This document shows positions 21,406 through 32,576 of a stretch of 64,000 bases of DNA, in pieces. Source of the DNA: an uncultured Actinomycetes bacterium (GTDB taxonomy: Bacteria > Actinomycetota > Thermoleophilia > RBG-16-64-13). The notes beneath the pieces are model-generated. The model ran no database searches. It saw nothing but the letters and a program-made list of their open reading frames with translations, and was not told the DNA's origin. Both the position numbers and the translations under genes were made by a program. The stretch lies in NCBI GenBank assembly GCA_963809395.1, contig CAWEJM010000012.1, positions 110,367-174,366 on the forward strand. The letters run 5' to 3'. Numbering within the stretch: the first letter of the stretch is position 1; each line of letters begins with the position of its first letter.

Positions 21406-22443
21406 TCGTAGCGTTCTCCGACCAGCCCAGAGAGCAGTTGCGCGGTCTCGCGCACCGTGGCGATGGCCGTCTCGTAGTCCATGCGGGTGGGTCCCACCAG
21501 GCTGACCGTGCCCAGGCGGCGCTGCGGCAGCCCGTAGCTGGCGGCCACCACCGAGAAGGGCCGGAGGGCAGTGGCTTCGTGCTCGCTGCCGATCCGAACC
21601 ACGACCGTCCCCGTGCCCAGAGCAGCCCTGAGCACCCGGAGCAGGAGGAAGCGTTCTTCAAGCAGTGACAGCAGATCGTGGAGCGACGAGACGTCCTGCA
21701 GCCGGGGCGCGGCCAACAGTCGCGAGGCCCCGCCCACGAAGAGTTCCTCCTGGTACTGCTCGTCCACCAGCTTCTCGAACGCCGGTGCCAGAATCTGCAG
21801 AAATCCGGCCTCCCGGGGGCTCAGGTCGGGGTTGTCGAGCGCCCGTCGGATCAGCCGGGCGGTGAGGGTCTGATCGTTGAGCGTCTCGTTGAGGTACGTG
21901 CGGGCCCACTCCACCAGGCCACGGTCGATCGGTCGCGGCCAGTCGATCGCGCCCTTCATGACCCCGCCGGTCGACACGATGAACACGTACATCAACTGGC
22001 TGGGATGGAGGGTGAGCAGCTCCACGTGGCACAGGCGGGCGCCGCTCACCCGGGGGGCGAGGGCAAGAGCCAAGAGGTTGGTGGCCCGCGACATGGCATC
22101 GGTGACCTGGCGGAGGGCGGTGTCGACCTCTCCGGCCAGATCCTCGGGCGACACGGCTCCCAAGGCTCGCGGATGGATGGCCGGACCGAGAGGTGGCCCC
22201 GCTCATCAGGTGATCGACGAACTCCCGATACCCCATGTCGGTGGGGACCCGCCCCGCGGACGTGTGGGGATGGGTGAGATAGCCCTTCTCTTCGAGCAGA
22301 GCGAACTCGTTCCGCACCGTCGACGAGGAGACGTTCAGCCCGGCCGCGCCGGCCAACTCCTTGGACGGGACCGGCGACCCAGTGCCTATGTAGCGCTCGG
22401 TGACGGCGTTAAGAATCGTCTGTTGTCGCTCTGTGAGTGCCAT
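21402..22443 (-). CDS. hrcA: Heat-inducible transcription repressor HrcA, one frame change
   Basis: The N-terminal wHTH reads [31 protein letters not shown]...[28 protein letters not shown]. The C-terminal half is in ORF 21402-22163. An ATGA overlap links it to the dnaJ start. Confidence 0.9.
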
Positions 22444-22465
22444 CGGCCACCGGCGTGTGTATGGG

Positions 22466-23650
22466 CTACGACTCCTCCGGGGACACCAGAAGAGCTGAGA
22501 TGACTGCGTTGCTGACATCCAGAAACCCTGGATTCAAGCGCAGTTTACCACAGCGCCTCTCCAGGCAGCCCTGGGCCAGGAGACGGTCCCGGGCCTCTTG
22601 GTCGAGCGCCGGGAGGACCGCGGCCTCCTCGACTCCCTCGCTCGTCCGCAGCCCGAGCATGGCCTTCTCCCACAGGCGGGTCGCCGGAGAAAGGACCTCG
22701 ATCTGCGGTGGACGGCCGGCGAGATAGTCCCTGACCGACCGCGGGTTCGTGCGTCGCTCGCCGCCGACCGTGGACACGGCGGCGGCTCCGATGCCCAGAT
22801 AGTCCTCCCCGCGCCAGTAGGCCTGGTTGTGCCGGCACTCGTGGCCGGGCAGGGCGAAGTTCGACACCTCGTAGCGATGGTAGCCCGCGGCCTCCAGCCG
22901 CGCGACGGCCTCAGCGTAGTGCCGCTCGGCGAAGGTGGCGGCCGCGAGGCGCGCCTGCGCGCCGAGGGCCGCCTCCACCCGGGCCTCGAACCCCGGCGTG
23001 TAGGTCAGGTCGTAGAGGGATACGTGGGTGGGTCGCGCGGCGACGGCCGCGTCGAGGTCGGCGGCGGCTTCGCGCCCAGGTCTGCCCGGGGATGCCGAAC
23101 ACCAGGTCGAGGTTCCACTCCCGCCAGCCCGTCGCCGCGATGGCAGCCAGCGCGGCCTCGATCTCCTTCTGCGTCACCCGTCTGCCCAGCGCCGCGCGCA
23201 GCGCCGGCGCGAACGACTGCACTCCCAGCGACAGCCGCGTCACCCCGGCGGCCGCCAAGCGCTCCAGCAGGGTCGCGTCGATGGTCCCCGGATTGGCCTC
23301 TACGGTGAACTCGGGATCGGCACGCGCCGAGGCCGCGCGCGCGTGCTGCGCGCCCCGGACGCCGCGTCCGGTGCGCCGCCCTGGAGCGCCGCCAGCTCTC
23401 GGGCGAGCGCCACCAGAGCCTCGCCGGGCAACGCCGTGGGAGTTCCTCCGCCCACATAGATGGTCTCGACCGGCCCGTCCGGAGACGCCGCCGCCGAGGC
23501 AGCAGCCGCGAGCTCCGCGCGCAGCGCCTCCAGATACCCTTCCACCCGCCCGGCCCGCGCGTGGGGCCCCACCGGTTCAGAGGCGAAATCGCAGTAGGCG
23601 CAGCGCGACCGGCAGAACGGGATGTGGACGTAGAGGTGCTTGCTGGTCAT
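22466..23650 (-). CDS. hemW: Radical SAM heme chaperone HemW (HemN-like), frame-shifted
   Basis: The sequence HLYVHIPFCRSRCAYCDF carries the CxxxCxxC radical SAM motif. It is followed by IYVGGGTP, middle fragment 22911-23258 and C-terminal fragment 22466-22978. The position between lepA and hrcA is the conserved one. Confidence 0.85.
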
Positions 23651-23710
23651 GTCGACCGCCTTGGACGCCGCGCCCACTCCGGCGGCCGAGCGCCGAGACG
23701 GCACGGCGCG

Positions 23711-23959
23711 CTACCGCCCCAGAACTCCCATTACGATGAGCGCGATCCCCACGGCGATGCCGATACCGCCCAGCACGGCCGTCCAGGCGTCCCAGGCCCG
23801 CCCGCTCCGGATCCGGCCGCCGGAACCGGCCTCTTGGGCGCGGCCCTCGTCGCGGCGTTTATCGTTGAGCTCCTTCGAGCCCGGCCCGTGCCGCAGCCAG
23901 ACCTGCACGATGCCCATGACCGTCAGCACGGCGCCGAGGATCAGGTATTCGACCGTCAT
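23711..23959 (-). CDS. Small two-TM membrane protein (82 aa), hypothetical
   Basis: The ATG at 23959 overlaps the lepA stop (ATGA). Two hydrophobic helices, [21 protein letters not shown] and [20 protein letters not shown], flank a charged loop. Confidence 0.5.
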   Translation of the reverse strand: MTVEYLILGAVLTVMGIVQVWLRHGPGSKELNDKRRDEGRAQEAGSGGRIRSGRAWDAWTAVLGGIGIAVGIALIVMGVLGR

Positions 23960-25776
23960 TTCTTGCCCTCTTTCCCGTCGCCCAGGTCGAGAACGGCCAG
24001 GAAGGCCTCCTGCGGGATCTCCACGGTGCCCACCATCTTCATGCGCTTCTTCCCCGCTTTCTGCTTCTCCAGCAGCTTGCGCTTGCGGGTGATGTCGCCC
24101 CCGTAGCACTTGGCCAGCACGTCCTTGCGCAGGGGGGCCACGCTCTCCCGGGCGATGATGCGGCTGCCCACCGCCGCCTGGATGGCCACCTCGAACATCT
24201 GCCGGGGGATCTTCTTGCGCAGGCGCTCGGCCAACCCCCGCCCGATGCCGTAGGCCCGATCGGCATGGACGATAAGGCTGAGAGCGTCGACGACGTCGCC
24301 GGCGATGCGGATGTCCAGACGGACCAGATCGCCCGGCTCGAAATCCTTGAGCTCGTAGTCGAGGCTGGCGTAGCCGCGGCTGCGGGTCTTGAGCAGATCG
24401 AAGAAGTCGAGCACGATCTCGGCCAGGGGCAGGTCGTAGTCGAGCCGCACCCGGTCGGAGGTGAGGTACTCCATGTGGGCGAAGCGACCGCGCTTGTCGT
24501 TGCACAGCTCCATCACCGGCCCCACGAACTCAGCCGGCACCAGGATCGTGGCCAAGATGTAGGGCTCCCGCACTTCCTTGATCGAGCCGGACTCCGGGAA
24601 ATCCACGGGATTGCTGATCGAAAGCACCTCTCCGTTCAGCAACTCGATCTCATAGCGGACGTTGGGGGTGGTAGCCAGCAGATCCAGGTCGAACTCCCGC
24701 TCCAGCCGCTCGCGGATGATCTCCATGTGGAGCAGGCCCAGGAAGCCGCAGCGAAAACCGAAGCCCAGCGCCTTGGAGGTCTCCGGCTCGTAGAACAGGG
24801 AGGCGTCGTTGAGCTTGAGCTTCTCCAGGGCGTCGCGCAGGTTGGGGTAATCCTCGCCGTCGATAGGGAAGAGCCCGCAGAACACCATGGGAGTGACTTC
24901 GCGATACCCGGGAAGCGGCTCGGCGGCCGGCCTCTGGGCATGGGTGAGGGTGTCTCCCACCCGCAGATCGGCCACCTCTTTGATGCCGGGGATGATGTAG
25001 CCCACCTCGCCGGCGTGCAGGATGTCGGTCTTGAGCATGTCGGGGCTGAAGATGCCCACCTCTTCTATGTCACTGCGCCGCCGGGTGACCATGGCCAGCA
25101 GCGGGTCGTCCTTGCGGAAGCTGCCGTCGCGCACGCGCACGAAGGCCACCACGCCCCGGTACTGGTCGTAGACCGAGTCGAAGATGAGCGCCCGCGGGGG
25201 CCCGTCAAGATCGCCCTTGGGCGGCGGGATCCGCTGCACCACCGCCTCCAGCACCGCGAGCACGCCCTCGCCGGTCTTGGCCGAGATCTGCAGGATCTCG
25301 GAGCGCGGGCACCCGATGAGGTTGGCGATCTCCTCGGCCCGCTTCTCCGGCTCGGCCCCGGGCAGGTCGATCTTGTTGAGCACCGGGATGATCTCCAGGT
25401 CGTTCTCAAGCGCAAGGAGAGCGTTGGCCAGGGTTTGCGCCTCCACCCCCTGGGTGGCGTCCACCACCAGGATGGCTCCCTCGCAGGCGGCCAGGCTCCG
25501 CGACACCTCGTAGGTGAAGTCCACGTGGCCCGGCGTGTCGATGAGGTTGAACTGATACTCCTTGCCGTCCTGGGCGTGGTAGTAGATGCGGACGGCCTGA
25601 GCCTTGATGGTGATGCCCCGCTCGCGCTCCAGGTCCATGCGGTCGAGCACCTGCTCGCGCATCTCCCGCTCGGCCACGGTGTTGGTGATCTGCAGGATGC
25701 GGTCGGCCAGCGTCGACTTCCCGTGGTCGATGTGGGCGATGATGGAGAAGTTGCGGATGTGATCGAAGCGTCCCAT
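23956..25776 (-). CDS. lepA: Translation elongation factor 4 (LepA)
   Basis: The sequence is intact. [20 protein letters not shown] (G1), DTPGH and NKID motifs are present and the family match is full length. The start is taken at [10 protein letters not shown]; the ORF extends 48 codons further upstream. Confidence 0.95.
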   Translation of the reverse strand: MGRFDHIRNFSIIAHIDHGKSTLADRILQITNTVAEREMREQVLDRMDLERERGITIKAQAVRIYYHAQDGKEYQFNLIDTPGHVDFTYEVSRSLAACEGAILVVDATQGVEAQTLANALLALENDLEIIPVLNKIDLPGAEPEKRAEEIANLIGCPRSEILQISAKTGEGVLAVLEAVVQRIPPPKGDLDGPPRALIFDSVYDQYRGVVAFVRVRDGSFRKDDPLLAMVTRRRSDIEEVGIFSPDMLKTDILHAGEVGYIIPGIKEVADLRVGDTLTHAQRPAAEPLPGYREVTPMVFCGLFPIDGEDYPNLRDALEKLKLNDASLFYEPETSKALGFGFRCGFLGLLHMEIIRERLEREFDLDLLATTPNVRYEIELLNGEVLSISNPVDFPESGSIKEVREPYILATILVPAEFVGPVMELCNDKRGRFAHMEYLTSDRVRLDYDLPLAEIVLDFFDLLKTRSRGYASLDYELKDFEPGDLVRLDIRIAGDVVDALSLIVHADRAYGIGRGLAERLRKKIPRQMFEVAIQAAVGSRIIARESVAPLRKDVLAKCYGGDITRKRKLLEKQKAGKKRMKMVGTVEIPQEAFLAVLDLGDGKEGKK

Positions 25777-25931
25777 GGAGACGTATTCTAGCGCAGAGCC
25801 CGATCGGTGCCCGCTTTGTCTATCGAAGCGGCCGCGGGGTGAGAAGTCCGCTGGACAGGTGGGCAGACAACCTATACAGTCCGGATATCTCCGCAGCCCC
25901 GGGGGGCCCGCTTGTGACATTGCTAGGAGGT

Positions 25932-26402
25932 ATGACCCTGAATCCGCTTGTTAAGATCTTGGTGATGATCGGAAGCACCGCTTCCATTGGTTTCGGCATC
26001 TGGCACTTCTTCGTACCAGAAATATGGAAGTGGTCTTCATATATTGCCAGCGATGCGACAGAGCTGGTGGTGGCTGTCCGGGCTATCAATGTGTTCTTTT
26101 CTTTGTCTTTAGTTTTGTTTGGCATAGTAAACATACTGTTGGTATTTGGAGGTAGATCAAACCGATATTCAATTATTGTGATGCTCGCTGCAACATGCGT
26201 TCTGTGGCTTACGCGGCTGGTGTTTCAGATTATTTATCCACAAGGTTCAATGAACAATGTCCTCCAATACGGGATGTTATCGGCATTTATCAGTTGTCTT
26301 TCTATGCTACATGATTGCGCTGTATATTGTGGTGTCGCAAAGAATCGTCGCCTAGACGCGGCTGACGCACCGCGATCTGGCGGTGCTGGTGCGCGTCGTT
26401 GA
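25932..26402 (+). CDS. Hypothetical 4-TM membrane protein encoded in a low-GC islet
   Basis: The ATG at 25932 is preceded by AGGAGG. Four predicted hydrophobic helices are present ([66 protein letters not shown]). Per-line G+C is 33-52%, clearly below the surroundings. I recognise no family. Confidence 0.55.
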   Translation: MTLNPLVKILVMIGSTASIGFGIWHFFVPEIWKWSSYIASDATELVVAVRAINVFFSLSLVLFGIVNILLVFGGRSNRYSIIVMLAATCVLWLTRLVFQIIYPQGSMNNVLQYGMLSAFISCLSMLHDCAVYCGVAKNRRLDAADAPRSGGAGARR

Positions 26403-26497
26403 GAACGACGAGTACTGCGCTTTCTTCGGCGAGCTTTGCGGCCACCGGACAAGCGCATCCGACGGATCGCCTAGAACAGGGATGGCCGTGAATCTCG

Positions 26498-26618
26498 TCA
26501 GTAGTGGTATCGCAACTGGGCGATCAAGAGCGCGTGCTTCAGCGGCTCAGTCCTTGCGGTCGGTCTTCTGCCAATAGAGGTAGTCGTCCCACGCGTGCTC
26601 TGAGAAGACGACCCTCAC
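26498..26618 (-). pseudogene. Decayed YoeB/Txe-family toxin remnant
   Basis: A GTG overlaps the antitoxin stop (GTGA). It encodes VRVVFSEHAWDDYLYWQKTDRKD*, which matches the YoeB N-terminus. A shifted frame then gives EPLKHALLIAQLRYHY*, matching the YoeB C-terminus. The central ~50 codons of a normal YoeB are missing. Confidence 0.65.
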
Positions 26619-26803
26619 TCGGCCAGCTCCCGCTCCGTCCCTCCGCCCGCTTCCAGCTCGGTGATAGACTCGAGCAATCGGCGTACGCTCTTCGGGCTGC
26701 GCAGCAGGTAGGACGTCTCCTCGAGAGCCTCGTAGTCATCCAGAGACATCATCACCACGGATGACGAAGCCTTGCGTGTAAAGTCGGGTATAAGCGATGG
26801 CAT
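26615..26803 (-). pseudogene. Phd/YefM-family antitoxin, N-terminally truncated
   Basis: The 62-aa ORF reads VVMMSLDDYEALEETSYLLRSPKSVRRLLESITELEAGGG, matching the C-terminal two-thirds of YefM. The first ~25-30 residues of the fold are absent. Confidence 0.65.
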
Positions 26804-26815
26804 CCATGTCTGTCC

Positions 26816-28530
26816 CTATCCCCCACCTTCGAGGTCGATCACCTCTTCGGTGGAACGGGGCTCGCGGCGGCGCCTGAGAACGCGCACCACGTCGTGCAAC
26901 TCGGGCATGCGCATGGCCCAGGCGGCCAGGCAGTACGCCGCCCCGCCGGCCGCATACGCCAAGCCGACCGAGACGATCTGCGCCCACACCGACCGGCCCA
27001 AGGCCCCGTCCAGCGCCCACCATACGCCGTACCCCACTGCCGCCAGCGGGATGAGCGCCACGATCGACCGGGCCGCCGACCAGGCCACCCTGCGGGCGTC
27101 CACCCCGCCGATGCGTGGGCCGAGCAGGAACATGAGCCCGAAGAAGTTGAACAGGCTGACCAACGAAGTCGAGAGCGTGATGCCGCCCACCCCGAGAGGT
27201 TTGTAGAGAAGGAGGTCGAGCCCGAGCGTTGAGCGCCAGGTTGATCACGCCCGTGAACAGCGGCAGCCACGGCTTCTGGATGCTGTAGAAAGCCCGGTTG
27301 AGCAGGGTGTTGACGCTCACGAAGGCCATGCCCACGCTGAAGAACGTGAGGGCCGAGGCCACCAGAGCGGCGTCACTGCTGGTGACCTTGCCGTGCTCGT
27401 AGATGAGCCGCACCGTGGGAAGCGCGAGGACGGCGAAGAATGCGGCGAAGGGCAGGGTCACGAAAAAGATCTGGCGCAGACCCGTGGACAGGTCTTCGCG
27501 GAACTCCTTCATCCGGTTGGCCGCGGCGTGGCGCGAGAATGCCGGGAACAGCACCGTCCCGATGGCGATGGCGAACACCCCCTGCGGCAACTGGAACAGG
27601 CGGAACGCCTTGTCGATGATGGCCGGCGCCGGGATGCTGATGAGCGTGGCCACGATGGTGTCGATGAAGGCGTTGAAGTTGATGATCCCCAGGCTGAGGA
27701 TCACCGGCCCGATGAGAATGCCGACCCGGCGCACCTCGGGACTGCGCAGGGCCAGACGGTACGGGGAGCGCTGCTCGACCCGGCGCTCGGCCCGCGACGC
27801 GCCGGCCGAGGGGCCGCCGCCCGGGGCAAGAGCGACTTCGGGGCCGCCACCCGAGGCACGGGCGGCGGCATCCGGCCTCCACCGCCGCTTCCAGACCGCC
27901 GGCACCTGCAGAAGCAACTCGACCGCGGTACCGGCCAGCACTCCCCAGGCGAGCGCCTTGAATCCGTAACCGGCGGAGAACGCGACCACCACTCCGATGA
28001 TCACCACGTTCCAGACGATGGGAGCGACGGCCGGCAGGGTGAAGTGGTTGTAGGAGTTGAGGATGCCCATGAAGATCCCGGCTACGCCGAGGATCACCAC
28101 GGTGGGAAACATGAGCCGCATAAGATGAACGGTCAGGGCCACGATCTGAGGATCGTCGCTGAAGCCGGGCGCCACCACCTTGACCACGGCGGGAGCGAAG
28201 ATCATCCCCAACGCCGTGACCACGCCCAGGACGGCGGTGGCGACCACGGTGACCGTGTAGGCCACCTGCCACGCCTCGCGGCGGCGCTGCTTCTCCAACA
28301 AGCCCGGAGAAGACCGGGATGAAGGCCGCGGAAAGGGCAGTGTCGGCCAGCAGGGTGCGCACCAAACTGGGCACCTTGAAGGCCACGGTGAAGGCGCCCA
28401 TCTCGGGCCCCAGACCGAGATACGAGACCATGATGATCTCCCGGACCAGGCCCAGCACCCGGGAGCCCGCGGTCGCGGCCACGAGAAAGACGGCCGCGAC
28501 CGCCAGACGTCTCTTTGTGTCATTGCCCAT
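26816..28530 (-). CDS. murJ: Lipid II flippase MurJ (MviN), two frame changes
   Basis: The N-terminus is SRVLGLVREIIMVSYLGLGPEMGAFTVAFKVPSLVRTLLADTALSAAFIPVF (27373-28530). The body is in ORF 26736-28523 and the C-terminal helices are in ORF 26816-27190. Confidence 0.9.
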
Positions 28531-28587
28531 GAGCTAGGGCTATGCTAAACTGCTGCGACTTTGAAGGGAAGACGGGAGGAATGAAGA

Positions 28588-28846
28588 TTGGCTAATACCA
28601 AGCAGCAGCGCAAACGAGTGCGCATCGCTCAGCGGCAGCGACTGGAGAACCTGCGCTACAAGTCGTCCATCAAGACGCACTTCCGGCGCCTGAAAGACTC
28701 CATCACCGCCGGCGACGCCGATACCGCTGCTCAGACTGCCAAGAAGCTGACCTCCACCATCGATAAGGCCGCCGCCCACAACGCCATCCACGACAACAAC
28801 GCGGCGCGCAAGAAGTCGAGGGTGGCGCGGCTCCTCCCAGCTCTAG
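28588..28846 (+). CDS. rpsT: 30S ribosomal protein S20
   Basis: A TTG start follows GGGAGGA. MANTKQQRKRVRIAQRQRLENLRYKSSIKT...HDNNAARKKSRVARL is a full S20. The ORF runs on to 29139 only because a late 1-nt shift hides the TAG at 28844-28846. Confidence 0.85.
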
Positions 28847-28892
28847 ACGGTCTCGCCCCTCCCGCCCACGAGCGGCGCTGCGCCGCCCGCCC

Positions 28893-29916
28893 TCACGCGG
28901 CCAACAGCCGGCCGAGGCACATCTGTAGCTCCATCTCCGCAGGGAGAGTCCCCAACCCTTTCATGCGCGCATCCGTGTCGGCGAGCACGGCCATCCTGCG
29001 GGCGATCCCGTCCGCACCCAGCAGGGCCGACTGCTCCACCAGCTTGCGCACGGGGAAGGCCTTCATCTTGAGCTCCGCCTGGATCGCCTCCCGGCTCATG
29101 CCCTCGTCTCTGAGGGCCACCACCCGGCTCAAGTTCTGAAAGTGCCGCAGGATGCGGTAGAACAGCACCTCGGTCCTCTCCCCCGACGCCAGCAGGTCGT
29201 CGGCCGCCGAGAAGGCCGCCGATCCCCTCCCCAGGGCCAGCGAGTCCAGTAGGTCGAAGATGCTCGCTTCGACCGTAGCGGTGGTGAGAAGGCGTATGTC
29301 ATCGCTGGTGACCGGCCTGCCGTCGGCGTAGATCTGCAGCTTCTCCAGTTCGCGCAGCAGGATGCTCTGGTTGTCGCCGCAGCGCTGGACCATGAGACGG
29401 GCCTGTTCCATGCTCAGGTTCATGCGCGCCCGGGCCGCCTCCTGCGCGAGCCACTGGGGTAGCTGCCCCTCTCTGGGAGCAGGAAACTCGAGCACTTCGC
29501 CGTGTTTCTCCATGGCGGCGCGCAGCAGGTCCCCGGGGGCCAGCTTCTCGGCCACCAGAGCGAGGCAGGCGTCGGGAGCCGGCGACCGGAGGTAGGCGGC
29601 GACCACCTCCTTGTCGGCCTTGAGCCAGGCCTGCACCTGCTGCACCAGCACCAACCTGGTCCCCCCGAGAAAGGCCAGGGTGTTGGCGGCATTGACCACT
29701 TCGAGGCCGCCGGCCGCCGCCGCATTGAACTCGTCGATGTTGAGGTCGCTGCCCGACTGTTCCACGATCCGAGCCTTGAGCCGGCGCAGGGCGAGATTCG
29801 ACCTTGGGCAGATCGTCGCCCAGGATGAGATAGGCGGGCTTCAGTGGAGGACGGGTCGGACTGGGACCGAGTCGCGGCGATTCTGACCCGTCGTCGGCTC
29901 CGATGGCCTGTTCGCT
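28893..29916 (-). CDS. holA: DNA polymerase III subunit delta (HolA), one frame change
   Basis: PAYLILGDD appears at the N-terminus (ORF 29299-29982). ORF 28893-29765 carries the rest (ANTLAFLGGTRLVLV...EKLQIYADGRPVTSDDI). The position downstream of comEC is the conserved one. The start is approximate. Confidence 0.8.
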
Positions 29917-32562
29917 CACTGCCCAGGTTTCCTTTCCGTTGCCAGCACCGCGTCGTCGCCGTTCACGGTACAGGATACCCAACCCGCCTCATCCGTGCGC
30001 AGCACGCTGCCCACCGCTGCCTGAAGTATCGACATCGTGGAGGGATCCGGGTGACCGAACGAGTTGCCCTCACCCACGGAGATGCAGGCCGCCTTCACCC
30101 CCAGATCCTCCAGAAGCCCGGCCGAAACCGAGCCCCGGCTGCCGTGATGAGGCACCACGATGATGTCGACCGGTGGCAGCTTGTAGGCCAGCAGCACGTC
30201 CGCCTCGGCGTCGCCGGGAAGCAGCACGTCGACGCTGCCTGCGCTTAGGACGGCCACCAGAGAGCTGCCGTTCAACTCGTCGCCGGTCGGCGGGCCGGAG
30301 CGACCCGCCCAGGGATCGGGCCCGTCGACCAAGCTCAGAGGCCGGGAAGGGGCGAAGAACCGCACCGTCACACCGTCCACATCGATCACGGACCCGGTGC
30401 CGCCTTGGACATACCGGCCGCCTCGGGTGGCGATACGCCTCCGCAGCTCCAGGTAGCCTGTTGCCTCCTGCGGCCCCCGCGGCCGTTTGTGCCGCCGCCT
30501 TTGTCGGGGGCGCGCGCGGAACCACGACCGTCTGATCGACGAGGGTACCCACCTCCAGACCGTCGATGGCCTCGAGCAGACCGGCGAAATGGTCGGCGTG
30601 GGGGTGCGATATCACCACCAGGTCGAGCGTGCGCACCCCCAGGGTGTGGAGCTGTCGCGCCAGGTCGCAGCCGGCCGGACCTCCGTCGAAGAGCAGGGCG
30701 CGATGCCCGGGCGTGCGCACCAGCACGGCGTTCCCCTGACCGACGTCCAGCACCCGCACCTCCACCCGGTCGGGCCAGCCGTTCCCCGGAGCAAGCGGCG
30801 ACCACGGTTTCGACGCCGCGGACGAGAGGAGAGTACGCCACGCCACCGAGCAGCAAGACCGGCGCAGAACGACCGCGATACCCAGCACCGCCGCCCGACG
30901 ACGACTCCGCGGCCTCCGAGCGCGCAGCCACCCGATGGAGCGCTTGAACAACGGCGCGGGAAGGTTGAACGGGGTGCCGACTGTGCGGCCCATCAAGGCC
31001 AGGCCGGCCGGGACCGCGGCGGCACCCACGCCCACCGCCAGCAAAGCCCGGCCCAGAGTCGCGCGATCGTCCAGCACGGGGGCGACCGCGAAGAAGCCGG
31101 GAAACCTGGACCGTCCACGTCATGGGAAGTGAGGCCAGGGTAGTCGAGCGCGGTGCTGAACCCGGTCCACAGGAATCCCAGGAAGACGCTGGCCATGCCC
31201 AGACCGGTGATGACCGGTAGCAGGGGCACGACCAGCAGGTTCGCCAGGGGCGCGACGAGAGACGTCTGGTCGAACACCAGCAGCGAGACGGGGGCCGTCC
31301 CCAGGGAGGCGGCGATTGACACCGCCAGATTGGAGCTGATGGCGCTCGGCACCCGCTTCATTGACCTTTGCAGGGGACCGGCCAGGGCGAGCATCCCCGC
31401 GATCGCGGCGAACGTTAGCTGGAACCCCACGTCGGAAATGTCAAACGGGTTGAGCGCGAGCACCACCAGAGCGGCCAGTGCCAAGATCTGCCACCTGTCC
31501 ATCCGCCTCCCCGCCCAGCTGCCGGCCAGCACGATCACGATCATGACCGCCGACCTGACCACGGGTGGAGAGGCGCCGACGAAGGGGACCATGAGGAGCG
31601 CCCCCGCAGCCGCCAGCAGGAAGCCCACCCCCCGCGACGCTCTCACCAACCGGGCGAGACCGAGAATGATGGCGGCGATGCTGGCCATGTGCATGCCACC
31701 GACGGACAACATGTGCGCCGTCCCCGAGCGTCGGAACGCCTCGAGCCACCCTTCGTCGATGCCGTCGGCGTCGCCCATGACCACCCCTTGCAGGACCTCG
31801 TCCAGTCGCGCGTCGGGCCCCCGGCTGAGATGGTCCCGGGCAGAGGACCGAAGGCGATCGAACCAGCCGGAGATGCCGCCCCGACGTCCCAGGATGGTGA
31901 TGCCGCCGCTGCCGTCGGCGCTGAGAACCACCCGGATGCCCTGACGCCGCAGGTAGGCCGCCTGGTCGAACCCGGAGGCAGAGGGGCCCTCCGGCTCCTG
32001 GACCGTTCCTCTGAAGGCCACGATCAGGCCCTGGCTCAGAGTCACACCGGACGGCCCTTCGGCCGGGGCGACCTCGAGTAGAACGGTCTCGCCCACTGCC
32101 GCCGCCGCAATCGCCGAGGCATCGCCCGGTCCGGCAGAGGGGCCGGACGGCCCCCTGACCACCGCCGCTGGCACTCTGCCAGCCGGCGTTGGAACGCACC
32201 TGGCCGGTGACGACCAACTCCGCCTCGATGGTGCTCCCGACCCGGCGCTGGAGGCTGCTGTCGAGCAGCGCCATCACCCGTGCGCTCCCGCCCAGGTATC
32301 CACCGAACAGCCCCACCAGCACCACCGAGATCAGCACCAGAAGCGGGAGCCTGCCCGCATCCGCCGCCGAGCGGCGCGACATCAGGAGCCCGCCGAGGGC
32401 GCCTAGCAGCGCGAGGATCAGACCTATGAGCGCCGCCATCGGCCTCGGGCCGCTGATGGCGGCGAGCGAAAGACCGAGCGCGCCGGCGAACGTCGTGGTT
32501 CGCGCCAGCCCTGCCCGGCGCACGAACCAGCCGGTCAGATCACGTTGGTGCTTGCCCGGCAT
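29916..32562 (-). CDS. comEC: DNA internalization competence protein ComEC/Rec2 with C-terminal MBL-fold domain, several frame changes
   Basis: N-terminal TM region (31441-33018 frame, from MPGKHQRDL). Competence domain in 30993-32174 (AHMLSVGGMHMASIAAI...). MBL domain in 30070-31077 and 29916-30389 (VLDVGQGNAVLV, ISHPHADHFAGL, VPHHGSRGS). Confidence 0.85.
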
Positions 32563-32576
32563 GCGCGTCGAGCCGA

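Noticed and set aside
22430-22470. CIRCE operator (TTAGCACTC-N9-GAGTGCTAA) for HrcA, and LexA or RecA-NDp boxes near uvrB, the AddB-like gene and the PafBC-like gene.
   Set aside because: Only partial half-site resemblances were seen (GCACTC within the hrcA start region; cGTCCGGA-N8-TACAAT upstream of the AddB-like gene). None is good enough to call by eye.
26340-26500. GC-rich stretch between the low-GC gene and the yoeB remnant, examined in all frames for further toxin fragments or a small gene (e.g. ORF 26383-26577 +, 26234-26458 -).
   Set aside because: No frame gave a recognisable motif. The ORFs overlap the read-through tail of the membrane-protein gene and are most likely non-coding debris of the decayed element.
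28588-29139. 183-aa extended S20 protein overlapping holA on the opposite strand.
   Set aside because: S20 homology ends at about residue 85. An off-frame TAG lies at 28844-28846. The extension is antisense to holA and has a junk-like composition.
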